Virus record (IMG/VR): IMGVR_UViG_3300009100_000003
Location: 1-56,750 of that record
Reading direction: 5' to 3' (one strand)
Origin: a virus
Length of the DNA stretch: 56,750 nt
Numbering within the stretch: position 1 is the first letter of the stretch; each line of letters starts with the position of its first letter. Both the position numbers and the translations under genes were made by a program. The notes under the pieces were generated by a model, which saw nothing but the letters and a program-made list of their open reading frames with translations, did not search any database and was not told where the DNA came from. This document shows positions 49,245-56,750 of the stretch, one piece after another.

Positions 49245-49836
49245 CCGCGAGCTCGAGGTCCTCCTGCTCGCAGCCCGGCGGTACGTGCTCCGCACCGTCC
49301 GCTACGCCGAGGCGGGCGAGATCTCAGGCGAGATCCACGAGAACGTCCGCGAGGGCGAGGCGATCTTCGCCGGCGTCCGCCCGCTCGATCCCGACGTCGA
49401 CCTTATCGTCGAGGGCCGGCGGTTCGGGACGGAGACTTGGACGACACTGACCGCCGAGGTCGTCGACCCGGTCGAGGGGCGGATCCGGATCGTCAACGCT
49501 GCGGACTCGCCGTGGCCCCCTGTCTCGGCCAGCTGGTCGTCGTGGCCGTGGGGCCGGCGGCAGCGCCAGATCTGGCCGCTCGTCCGGCTCGGCTACGCGA
49601 ACCTCGCCGCTCCGCTCGACGAGCTCGAGGATCTCGGTCTAGTCGTCGAGGTTCTCGCGGCGCACTGGGACCGCGAGAGTTCCGGCAGTTCCGGCGTGCT
49701 CGTCGCGCAGACGGCCGGCATCGTGTCCGAGCAGTATTCGGCGGGCTCGTCCGGGGCGCTCGGAACGGTGCCGAATGCGGTCGGGCTCATCCTTGCGACC
49801 TATGGCGGGCTCGGGCGGGCGCGCCTGTCGCGGTGA
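49174..49836 (+). CDS. Head-tail connector / adaptor (gp6-like)
   Basis: ATG 49174 follows GGAGG. The N-terminus LEGLKDKLGIAAADRTRDRELEVLLLAARRYV is typical of head-tail connector proteins. Confidence 0.65.
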   Translation: MVELGTLEGLKDKLGIAAADRTRDRELEVLLLAARRYVLRTVRYAEAGEISGEIHENVREGEAIFAGVRPLDPDVDLIVEGRRFGTETWTTLTAEVVDPVEGRIRIVNAADSPWPPVSASWSSWPWGRRQRQIWPLVRLGYANLAAPLDELEDLGLVVEVLAAHWDRESSGSSGVLVAQTAGIVSEQYSAGSSGALGTVPNAVGLILATYGGLGRARLSR

Positions 49837-50165
49837 CGCACGGGCACGATGCGACCTGCACGGATCTGCCGAGCGAGTCGGGGATCGGTGTCTGCATCCG
49901 GAGCATCGATCACGGACCCGGACAGATGGTGTCGGGCGAGACGTTCGATCGGCACCCCGCAGGGTTCATCATCGCCCACGACGTACCCGGCGGAGGCGAA
50001 CGCTGCGAGGGCGCACTCACGATCGACGAGGCGCACTTCGGGCCGGAGCGATGGACCGTATCGGGGAGCCTCGAGGCGGGCGATCTCACCCTCACGCCAT
50101 CGGTTGCGTGTACCGTGCATCCGACGTTCCATGCCCACGTGACGAACGGACGGTGGACCGGATGA
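49833..50165 (+). CDS. Cys/His-rich small protein (DUF6527-like)
   Basis: GTGA overlap. It contains ...LTPSVACTVHPTFHAHVTNGRW. Confidence 0.5.
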   Translation: MTHGHDATCTDLPSESGIGVCIRSIDHGPGQMVSGETFDRHPAGFIIAHDVPGGGERCEGALTIDEAHFGPERWTVSGSLEAGDLTLTPSVACTVHPTFHAHVTNGRWTG

Positions 50166-50536
50166 CGCTCCCGCGAATCGCGCAACGGATCGACCTCGTC
50201 GCGACGCGCGTGCTCGAGTCGAACACGGAAGATGCGTGGGGCCGGAAGGTCCCGGCCGCGCCTGTCACGGTCGCGGCATGGCGGGGCGACCTGCAGCCTC
50301 GCAAGGTCCGCGGCGGATCCGGCGAGATCCTGACCTCGACCGGGCAGGGCGCGGCGCTCTCGGAATACATCGTCCTCGCGCCGCTCGGGCTCGGCATCCT
50401 GACCGGAGACGTCATCCAGCGTGCGACCGATGACGGGCTGCGCTACCAGGTCAACCGCGTCGACCCGATCGGCGAGGGCCTCCGGCTCGCCCACGCGGAG
50501 ATCGCCTGCGACCTCGTCACGTCGGGCGTTCCCTGA
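50162..50536 (+). CDS. Head-closure / head-tail joining protein
   Basis: ATGA overlap. It is 124 aa and lies between the connector and the gp10-like neck protein. Confidence 0.6.
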   Translation: MTLPRIAQRIDLVATRVLESNTEDAWGRKVPAAPVTVAAWRGDLQPRKVRGGSGEILTSTGQGAALSEYIVLAPLGLGILTGDVIQRATDDGLRYQVNRVDPIGEGLRLAHAEIACDLVTSGVP

Positions 50537-50539
50537 CCG

Positions 50540-51094
50540 ATGGCCGGCAACGCGAGCCGGCGCATTGCGAGCGCGGCGGGCCTGCGGGGCGACGTCGCGT
50601 TCCGCTGGCGCCCCGGAGGACAGCGCGACCTGCGGCTCGGTGTGGCGTACGGGCTGCTCGAGGCCGGGTACTACGGCGAGGACCGCATGAAGGCCGACGC
50701 TCCGGTGCGCGGAGGGCACCGTTCGTTCCTGACGGGCGCGCATCTCGCGGGCCCGCTCAACGTGTCGGACTTCCCGGGGACTCGTCGAGCGAAGGTCACC
50801 GTCGGCGGAACGCTGCGGCGAAGCATCCACGCGATCGTGTACCTCGACGGCGTTCCGATCCCCGGCTCGCGTCGGGTGGACGAGAACCAGGTCCCGATCC
50901 CGAACTACGCGACCAGCGGGGCGCACGTCATCCTCGTGCTCGGCACAAACTCCGGATACGGCGGTTGGGTCGATGGCGGCACGGCTAAGATGCCGGCGCG
51001 GCCGTTCACGATGCCGGCCGTGGCGCAGATGTCGAAGGCCCTCGGGAGCCTCATGCGATCCGGAGCGGACGGGTATTGGAGGACGCGATCATGA
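50540..51094 (+). CDS. HK97 gp10-like neck / tail-completion protein
   Basis: It has the C-terminal GTAKMPARPFTMPA motif characteristic of the gp10 family. Confidence 0.65.
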   Translation: MAGNASRRIASAAGLRGDVAFRWRPGGQRDLRLGVAYGLLEAGYYGEDRMKADAPVRGGHRSFLTGAHLAGPLNVSDFPGTRRAKVTVGGTLRRSIHAIVYLDGVPIPGSRRVDENQVPIPNYATSGAHVILVLGTNSGYGGWVDGGTAKMPARPFTMPAVAQMSKALGSLMRSGADGYWRTRS

Positions 51095-51192
51095 ACCTCG
51101 CAGAGGCGGCATCGATGGTGCTCCCGTGGGTGATCGCCATCGCCCTGATCGCGACCGGCGTGCTCATCCGGAGGCGTCGCAATGACGGTTGA
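51091..51192 (+). CDS. Tiny single-pass membrane ORF (33 aa)
   Basis: The product is MNLAEAASMVLPWVIAIALIATGVLIRRRRNDG*. ATGA overlap upstream. It is below the ORF-track cutoff. Confidence 0.3.
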   Translation: MNLAEAASMVLPWVIAIALIATGVLIRRRRNDG

Positions 51193-51616
51193 GATGGTGG
51201 ATCCCACAGGCCGTATCGTCGTCGAGCTCCGCGAGGCTGCGGCCGACTGGCCGGCGCCGCTCACGAACTACCGGATCGCGCCCGGCGAGCTCGCCGGCAC
51301 GGACGTTCCGAAGGATGGCTCGGCACCGCTGGCGATCGTGGTCCGCCGTGCTCCGACCCTCCGCTTCCGCCGGCTGCCGCTGGCGCGGTTCGACTACCGG
51401 CTCGACTGCTACCACCCCGACGCGCGCATCGCGGCGCAGATCGCGGGTCTCGCCTCGGACGCCCTGCACGACCGGGGGCCGCGCGTGGCGAGCGGCATCG
51501 GGATCTTCGCCTCGTACGATGCCGGCGGATCCGGCGGACTCGTCGAGCCCGACACGAAGTGGCCGGTCGAGCGCGTCCTCGTTCGGCTCACGGTCGCAGC
51601 GCAGGCGATCGCGTAG
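51182..51616 (+). CDS. Tail terminator-like protein
   Basis: 144 aa, immediately before the major tail gene region. The call is positional. Confidence 0.6.
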   Translation: MTVEMVDPTGRIVVELREAAADWPAPLTNYRIAPGELAGTDVPKDGSAPLAIVVRRAPTLRFRRLPLARFDYRLDCYHPDARIAAQIAGLASDALHDRGPRVASGIGIFASYDAGGSGGLVEPDTKWPVERVLVRLTVAAQAIA

Positions 51617-51794
51617 CGTCTAGTCGCGACCTGACGGACGGTGTAGCCTGTCGCTCGACCGGAAACGGCCGGCCATCGCCCAGGCGATGACCGCGTGAAG
51701 TCGTCCGAGCCCGAGGCGGGCAAGGCGACGAGACCATCGCCGGGAGCGCCGCGGAGCGCCGGAGGCACGTTGAACGTGTCAGGAGGCGCGCGAG

Positions 51795-52610
51795 ATGGGC
51801 GTTACCAGCACGACGGCCGAGGAGATCTCGGTCGGCGCGGGCGAGGTTTACTACCAGGACGACGAGGGCGTCTGGCAGCCGGTCGGGGCGACGAAGGACA
51901 ATAACGTCTGGCGTTGCGTCACCGAGTACGCCGACATCAACCTCAACGGCGTGATCGGCCCGATCAAGGGCATCGACTACATCACCGAACAGCTGGCCGA
52001 GCTCGAGGTCTCGGTCGCGCAGATGAGCGCCGAGAAGATCGCGCTCATGATCCCGGGGGCGACCTCGACCGTGCAGACAGCGGCCGACAATGGCGGCGCC
52101 TCGACGACCCTCGCGGTCGCGACGACCGCGGGTCAGTGGGAGGGGGTCAAGCTCGCCGCGGTGGCCGGGCTCGCCGTCGGCGAGTACGTCCGGATCGGTG
52201 CCGATGGTTCGATCGAGTGGCGCACCCTGACGCGGGTCGGCACCCTCGGCGCCGGCGGCACCGGTGTCGATCTCGACTTCCCGCTGCAGCTGGCGCACGA
52301 CGTCGGCGATGACGTCGTCGAGACCGACGGCGCGGGTCTCACGATCATCACGCCTCCGATCATCCGCCGGCTCCCGAGCTCGGCGTATCACAACTGGCGT
52401 CTCGACGTCCCGGGGCTCGACGGTCGGCTGGTGCGGTTCCTGATCCTCAACGGGATCATGACCGAGAACGCCGAGGTCGAGGCGGCGGACGACGACGCGG
52501 CCGCGCCGCGTCTCACGATCCAGTCGCGCATCGATCCCGCGGATCCGAACACCGGATCGTGGGCGATCCATCGCGTCCCGACCTTCGGGGCTGAGCCGGT
52601 CGGCTCCTGA
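51795..52610 (+). CDS. Major tail (tube) protein
   Basis: ATG 51795 lies 8 nt after AGGAGG. It is 271 aa and directly precedes the G/G-T chaperone pair and the tape measure. Confidence 0.8.
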   Translation: MGVTSTTAEEISVGAGEVYYQDDEGVWQPVGATKDNNVWRCVTEYADINLNGVIGPIKGIDYITEQLAELEVSVAQMSAEKIALMIPGATSTVQTAADNGGASTTLAVATTAGQWEGVKLAAVAGLAVGEYVRIGADGSIEWRTLTRVGTLGAGGTGVDLDFPLQLAHDVGDDVVETDGAGLTIITPPIIRRLPSSAYHNWRLDVPGLDGRLVRFLILNGIMTENAEVEAADDDAAAPRLTIQSRIDPADPNTGSWAIHRVPTFGAEPVGS

Positions 52611-52645
52611 CCCTCGCATCCACTGAGCCCCGAGGAGGGCCTGAT

Positions 52646-53215
52646 ATGGAACCGATCGAGCGCGCCGGCACGCGGACAGATGACGAGGTCGCATTCGGCA
52701 TCATCCCGTGCCGGTTCTCATCCGAGGTCCGCTACATGCGGACGCTCAAGATCAACGCCGCGAAGGAATGGAAGGCGCTCCTCGGGCGCAAGCTCGCCGG
52801 CACGATCGCCGAGTACGACGTCCCGGCGATGCGGCCAGGTGGCGGCTCGAAGATGCTCGAGTCGCTCATCGGGCTCGGGATGCTCGGCACCGACACCGTC
52901 CTCGAGCTCGTCGTCGCGTACGACAAGCGCGGCACGCTCGGCGGCTCGGAGTGGCTCGGCGAGAACGCCGACGATGCCGAGCTCTATGCCGTGTTCCGGT
53001 CGATCTTCGCGGTCCACTTCCCTTTCGTGAGGGACGTCCTGAGCGCGATGGGCACGCTGGCGGGACTGCTCGCCAGCGGGGCCCCGGAGGCGGTGGCGGA
53101 GGCGCTGACTCCACAGGGCGTCGAGTCTCCTCCTCCGAGCTCGTCGAGTGGTGCCTCGCGAACTGGGGCCTCGGCCCCGACACGATCGCGACCACGCTCG
53201 ACGAAGCGCAACTAG
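52646..53215 (+). CDS. Tail assembly chaperone (G form)
   Basis: ATG 52646 follows GAGGAGGG. The gene lies between the tube and tape-measure genes. The last ~25 residues (SSSSGASRTGASAPTRSRPRSTKRN) look non-coding, which fits coding moving into the -1 frame. Confidence 0.75.
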   Translation: MEPIERAGTRTDDEVAFGIIPCRFSSEVRYMRTLKINAAKEWKALLGRKLAGTIAEYDVPAMRPGGGSKMLESLIGLGMLGTDTVLELVVAYDKRGTLGGSEWLGENADDAELYAVFRSIFAVHFPFVRDVLSAMGTLAGLLASGAPEAVAEALTPQGVESPPPSSSSGASRTGASAPTRSRPRSTKRN

Positions 53216-53481
53216 AACTTCTGTGGCGACGCGGGCAGGAGCGCGTCGTCCGGGAGATTCGCGAGGACGCCGAGCGGGACCGGACGATCACGAAGGCCGC
53301 CGTATTCGACGCGATGACCGACCTGTACGCGATCCTGCCGCTCGGGCGCGACAAGCGCGGCCACGCCCGGCCGCTACTCAGGAAGCTCTCGGCAGCGAAA
53401 CCCGGACTGACCGGTGCAGCCCTCGAGCGACGCATCGACGCGCTCGCCCGGAACCCGCTCTACGCGGGCAAGATCCACTGA
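52646..53481 (+). CDS. Tail assembly chaperone, -1 frameshift-extended form (G-T). The shift lies somewhere around 53120-53140.
   Basis: The -1 frame is open from 52708 to 53481. It becomes protein-like at SELVEWCLANWGLGPDTIATTLDEAQLELLW... This is the canonical position for the conserved G/G-T frameshift. Confidence 0.6.
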
Positions 53482-53493
53482 GCTCGTGATCCC

Positions 53494-56232
53494 GTGAACA
53501 TCGGCGATCTGTTCGTCCGTGTGCTCGGAGACACTTCGCAGGTCGAGCGCGACGTCGCCGGTCTCGGCACGTCGCCGAAGATCGCCGCCGGCGGCCGCAA
53601 GGCTGGCGATATGTTCGCGAACGGCGTCCGCCAGGCGTCGAACCTGATCGGTCCGGCGATCGGCGCGGCGTTCGCCGGCGGGATCTCGTCTGCGGCGAAG
53701 TTCCAGGACCAGCTGCAGACGATCCGCACGGTCGCGATGGACCTCACCGATCAGGAGCTCGCGGGCATCGGCGACGAGCTCCTCACCCTCTCAGCCAAGA
53801 CGGGCAAGCCGATCGAGGACCTGACCGCCGGGTTCTACGATCTCGTGTCGGCCGGCATCGATGCCTCCGATGGCGTCAAGATCCTCGCCGAGAGCTCAAA
53901 CCTCGCGATCGGCGGGCTCGGCTCCACTGCCCAGGCGGTCGACCTCGTCACGTCGGTCCTCAACGCGTACGGGCTCGAGGCGGATCAGGCCAGCCGGGTC
54001 ACCGACGTATTCGCGAAGGCGGTCGCCGACGGCAAGGTCACGACCGCGCAACTGGGCGAGTCGATCGCGACCATCGCGCCGATCGCAGCCCAGGCGGGCA
54101 TCTCGATCGAGGAGGTCTCGTCAGGCTTCGCCGTCCTGACCGCCCAGGGCGTCCCTGCGGCCGAGGCGGCGACGAAGATGCGCTCAGCGATCGTCGCGCT
54201 GATCTCGCCCAACGAGGCGCTCAACCGGATCCAAGCCCGGACCGGGATCAACTTCGCGAAGCTCGCCCGGGAGAAGGGCCTCGCGGTCGCGCTCGAGAAA
54301 CTGCGCGAGGTCACCGGAGCGGCGGGTTCGACGTTCAACGATTTCTCATCCGAGCTCGCCGCGACGAAGGGCACGGTGGACGATGCCCGCACGATCGTCG
54401 AGAAGTTTCAGCGGACGCTCGGGCTCACCGACGCGCAGGCTGCGGAGTTCGTCGCCGCGGTCGGCAAGGACGGGATGGGGCAGGCGCTCTCGGATCTCGC
54501 CCGCAAGCTCGGCGCCGGCGACGCGGCGTTCGCGGACTCACTCGGTAGGGTCGAGGCGTACGGCTTCGCCCTCGCGACCACGGGCGACAACGCGGCAGCA
54601 TTCGGGGATCAGATCGAGGAGACGCTCGCGACCACCGGGCTCGCGTCCGAGCAGGCCGCGATCAAGATGGACTCGCCAGTCGAGGCCGGCAAGCGCCTCG
54701 CGGCTGAACTGAACACGCTCTCGATCCGCGCATTCGGCCCGTTCGCCAACTCGCTCGGGCCGCTGGTCATCGCGCTCGACCAGTTCGGCGGGGCGATGCG
54801 CGCCATCGTCGCCCCCTCGAGGCTTGTCGGCGGGGCGATCGGGTTCATCGTGCAGCGGCTCGTCGCGTCCACTGCGGTCCAGGGCGCGCTCCGCGTTGCC
54901 GGCGCCGCTGGCGGCGCGGCGTATCGGCTCGCGTTCACGACCGCGGCGTATCTCGGTGGGTTCATCGGGAGCCTCGCCGAGACCCTCTCCGGAACCGGCC
55001 CGATCCGCTCTATCAAGAGCGCCGCGGCGAAGCTCGGTGGGGCGTGGAAGGTCGCGTTCATCACCGCGGCGGCGGTCCTGTGGTACGAGGTCGTGCTCAT
55101 CTCAGAGGCGCAGAAGGCGGAGATCGCCAACCAAGGGCAGGAGATCGGCGCGGCGCTCGCTGAGCAGATCGCGCACGGGACCACGGAGCAACTGCAGCAG
55201 AGCCGGGGCGCGTTCATTGCCGGGCTCGATCAACTCGAGACCTACCCGATGCTGTTCGGGGTCACGAAGGCGGCGGAGGACGAGCTCAAGCGCAACCTCG
55301 CCGCCGTCGAGGCGGAGCTCATGCGCCGCGGCGGATCCATCCGGGATCGCTGGTACGACGACGTCAGTGATCTCGGCGGCACGCTCGCGGACGGAGTCGA
55401 GGACGGAATCGGCCCGACCGGCAAGGCGGCGGACGATCTCGGCGACGCGCTCGAGGACCCGCTCAGCGATGCCGCGAGCGATTCCGAGAAGGCCATCTCG
55501 GACGCGGTCGACGGGATCCTCAAGAAGCTCAAGGACGCCCGGACCGAACTGTCGAACGCGGCGAGCAACGCGGCTCATGCGATCTACGATCCGATCATCG
55601 CCCAGGCGAATCTCGCCGCCACCGAGCGCGAGATCACCGAGCAGCAGCAGGTCGCCTCCTCGAAGGACTCGAGCGCCGAGCAGATCCAAGACGCGAAGGA
55701 CCGGCTCGTCGAACTGCAGATCGCCAAGATCGGCTATCTCGCTGAGCTCGCGGGCTATGGCGACCAGGCCGCGGCGGACACCCTCGAGACGCAGATCAAG
55801 GTCCTCGAGTCGGTCAAGGGCCTCACGACCGAGCAGAAGCTCTACCTCGCCGAGCTCCGCCGGCAACTCCGCCTGACGCGCGAGGAGGCCGACAAGCTCA
55901 CGCACTCGCTCGGTCACGAGGTCAAGCCCTACGTGCCGCCTCGAGGCGCGCCGGTGGCATCCGCCTCGGGTGGCTATCTCGACCCGGGCGTGTATCGGTT
56001 CGGCGAGCGAGGCTCGGAGGTCGTGACCGTCGCGGAGGGCTACCACGGGCTCGCGATCCCGGAGGGCGTCATGGCCGGCGGGATGGCGTCGCAGACGTTC
56101 CAGACGACGCTCATCATGCCCGGCCCCTCGACCCGCGATCCGTTCGCGATCTTTGACCGGGCCTCGCAGTTGCAGCGGTTCGGCGTCCTCAATCCCGAAG
56201 TCAAGGCTGTCGAGGGGGTGATCCGAGGATGA
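53494..56232 (+). CDS. Tape measure protein
   Basis: 912 aa, Ala/Gly/Leu-rich and helical, with hydrophobic central segments. It follows the chaperones. Confidence 0.9.
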   Translation: MNIGDLFVRVLGDTSQVERDVAGLGTSPKIAAGGRKAGDMFANGVRQASNLIGPAIGAAFAGGISSAAKFQDQLQTIRTVAMDLTDQELAGIGDELLTLSAKTGKPIEDLTAGFYDLVSAGIDASDGVKILAESSNLAIGGLGSTAQAVDLVTSVLNAYGLEADQASRVTDVFAKAVADGKVTTAQLGESIATIAPIAAQAGISIEEVSSGFAVLTAQGVPAAEAATKMRSAIVALISPNEALNRIQARTGINFAKLAREKGLAVALEKLREVTGAAGSTFNDFSSELAATKGTVDDARTIVEKFQRTLGLTDAQAAEFVAAVGKDGMGQALSDLARKLGAGDAAFADSLGRVEAYGFALATTGDNAAAFGDQIEETLATTGLASEQAAIKMDSPVEAGKRLAAELNTLSIRAFGPFANSLGPLVIALDQFGGAMRAIVAPSRLVGGAIGFIVQRLVASTAVQGALRVAGAAGGAAYRLAFTTAAYLGGFIGSLAETLSGTGPIRSIKSAAAKLGGAWKVAFITAAAVLWYEVVLISEAQKAEIANQGQEIGAALAEQIAHGTTEQLQQSRGAFIAGLDQLETYPMLFGVTKAAEDELKRNLAAVEAELMRRGGSIRDRWYDDVSDLGGTLADGVEDGIGPTGKAADDLGDALEDPLSDAASDSEKAISDAVDGILKKLKDARTELSNAASNAAHAIYDPIIAQANLAATEREITEQQQVASSKDSSAEQIQDAKDRLVELQIAKIGYLAELAGYGDQAAADTLETQIKVLESVKGLTTEQKLYLAELRRQLRLTREEADKLTHSLGHEVKPYVPPRGAPVASASGGYLDPGVYRFGERGSEVVTVAEGYHGLAIPEGVMAGGMASQTFQTTLIMPGPSTRDPFAIFDRASQLQRFGVLNPEVKAVEGVIRG

Positions 56233-56678
56233 CGCTCAACCTCGGCGGCTACGTCACCGAGCTCACGTTCGACTCGGTCGATCTGCAGCCCGACGACCAC
56301 TCGTACGTCCTCTGGATCGCCCGCGGGCTGCAGGGTGCGCCGACGGTGCGTGGGTCCGACACGATCGTTCCGCACGCACCCGGGCGGGTTGCGCGCTCCC
56401 GCCAGGCCGACACGCTGCGGATCGAGCTCGACGGCCGGATCTTCGCCTCGACGCCGGCGGGGTTTCAGACGACGCGGACGCTGCTCATGGCGCTATTCGA
56501 CGGCGTCGCGGAACCGCGGCTCCTGTCGTGCCTCCTCGAGGACGGCGCCACGACGGCCGAGATCTACGCTCGCCCGATCCCGCCGCATCTCATCGACGAG
56601 GCCGTCCCGAGCTACCTCGCGCGCCTGAGCATCGCGCTCGAGAGCGTCGACCCGTACTGGACACTGGGCGGCTCCTGA
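56229..56678 (+). CDS. Distal tail protein (Dit-like siphovirus tail component)
   Basis: ATGA overlap with the tape measure. It is 149 aa, and its position is typical of Dit. Confidence 0.7.
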   Translation: MTLNLGGYVTELTFDSVDLQPDDHSYVLWIARGLQGAPTVRGSDTIVPHAPGRVARSRQADTLRIELDGRIFASTPAGFQTTRTLLMALFDGVAEPRLLSCLLEDGATTAEIYARPIPPHLIDEAVPSYLARLSIALESVDPYWTLGGS

Positions 56679-56750
56679 CCCGTGGCGGTGTCGATCGTCT
56701 ACCAAGAGAACCTCTCGGGCAGCGTCGGCAATCTGACGTGGGGCACTCCG
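56628..56750. repeat. Terminal direct repeat, right copy, identical to 1-123
   Basis: Same 123-nt string as the window start. The unique genome length is therefore 56,627 bp. Confidence 0.95.
56682..56750 (+). CDS. 5' end of the tail-fibre gene as seen across the circular junction. It duplicates 55-123.
   Basis: GTG 56682 lies 4 nt after the Dit stop and encodes MAVSIVYQENLSGSVGNLTWG... Confidence 0.5.
   Translation, partial: MAVSIVYQENLSGSVGNLTWGTP

Noticed and set aside
8723-51794. Search of the longer intergenic gaps (8723-8823, 9725-9917, 10209-10336, 17211-17338, 45085-45216, 51617-51794) for tRNA or tmRNA-like genes
   Set aside because: I found no GTTCRANYC T-loop, no acceptor/anticodon stem arrangement and no CCA-adjacent structures by eye. 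The hairpins present are simple stem-loops. A tRNAscan or Infernal run would be needed to exclude them formally.
54824-55876. 350-aa plus-strand ORF and 55102-56046 minus-strand ORF within the tape-measure gene
   Set aside because: They are off-frame or antisense shadows with Arg/Ser/Pro-rich translations. The tape-measure frame is continuous and typical.

Overview
The window is a closed, very G+C-rich genome of a tailed dsDNA phage with siphovirus-type tail genes. Bases 1-123 are identical to 56628-56750, so the unique length is about 56,627 bp and the window is one circular or circularly permuted genome. Coding density is high. Many neighbouring genes overlap by 4 nt (ATGA, GTGA or TTGA), and Shine-Dalgarno sites of the GGAGGATC type fit an actinobacterial-type host. 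That host assignment is inference.

Rightward modules, in order:
- Giant tail fibre (111-5747).
- Lysis cassette (5.7-8.7 kb).
- Early, recombination and replication region (8.8-25 kb). It holds a YqaJ-like exonuclease, RecT, a DnaQ-like exonuclease, a RuvC-like resolvase, a MazG-like protein, a HerA/FtsK-like ATPase, a mini PolX and an SPPY DNA methyltransferase.
- Packaging and head genes (25-30.6 kb): putative TerS, TerL, portal and a MuF-like protein.
- Head module continued (37.8-41.7 kb): a 2H-phosphoesterase/XkdF-like fusion, scaffold and major capsid protein.
- An 18x tandem-repeat protein and a glycosylation or polyol-phosphate cassette (42.6-49.2 kb).
- Connector, tail tube, G/G-T chaperones, tape measure and distal tail protein (49.2-56.7 kb).

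A ~7-kb leftward block (30.6-37.7 kb) splits the head module. It is driven by three near-identical promoters. It carries plasmid-type genes (LPD29-like, DUF3560-like), a C5 methyltransferase, a GNAT-like gene and a polytopic membrane protein.

I recognised no tRNA, rRNA, CRISPR array, integrase, CI-like repressor or replicative polymerase.

The most interesting observations are:
- The MuF protein has a RelA/SpoT-like C-terminal domain, with a convergent small ORF.
- A 2H-phosphoesterase domain is fused to the prohead-protease-like protein.
- A promoter-hairpin-CCGCAGGTAnnGGAGG leader cassette recurs through the genome.
- A 699-aa protein contains 18 repeats of about 23 aa.
- A late-operon cassette encodes GT-A, AsnB-like and TagF-like enzymes.
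- Four local frame changes need read-level checking.

All functional calls come from reading motifs in the translations by eye. No database search was run.
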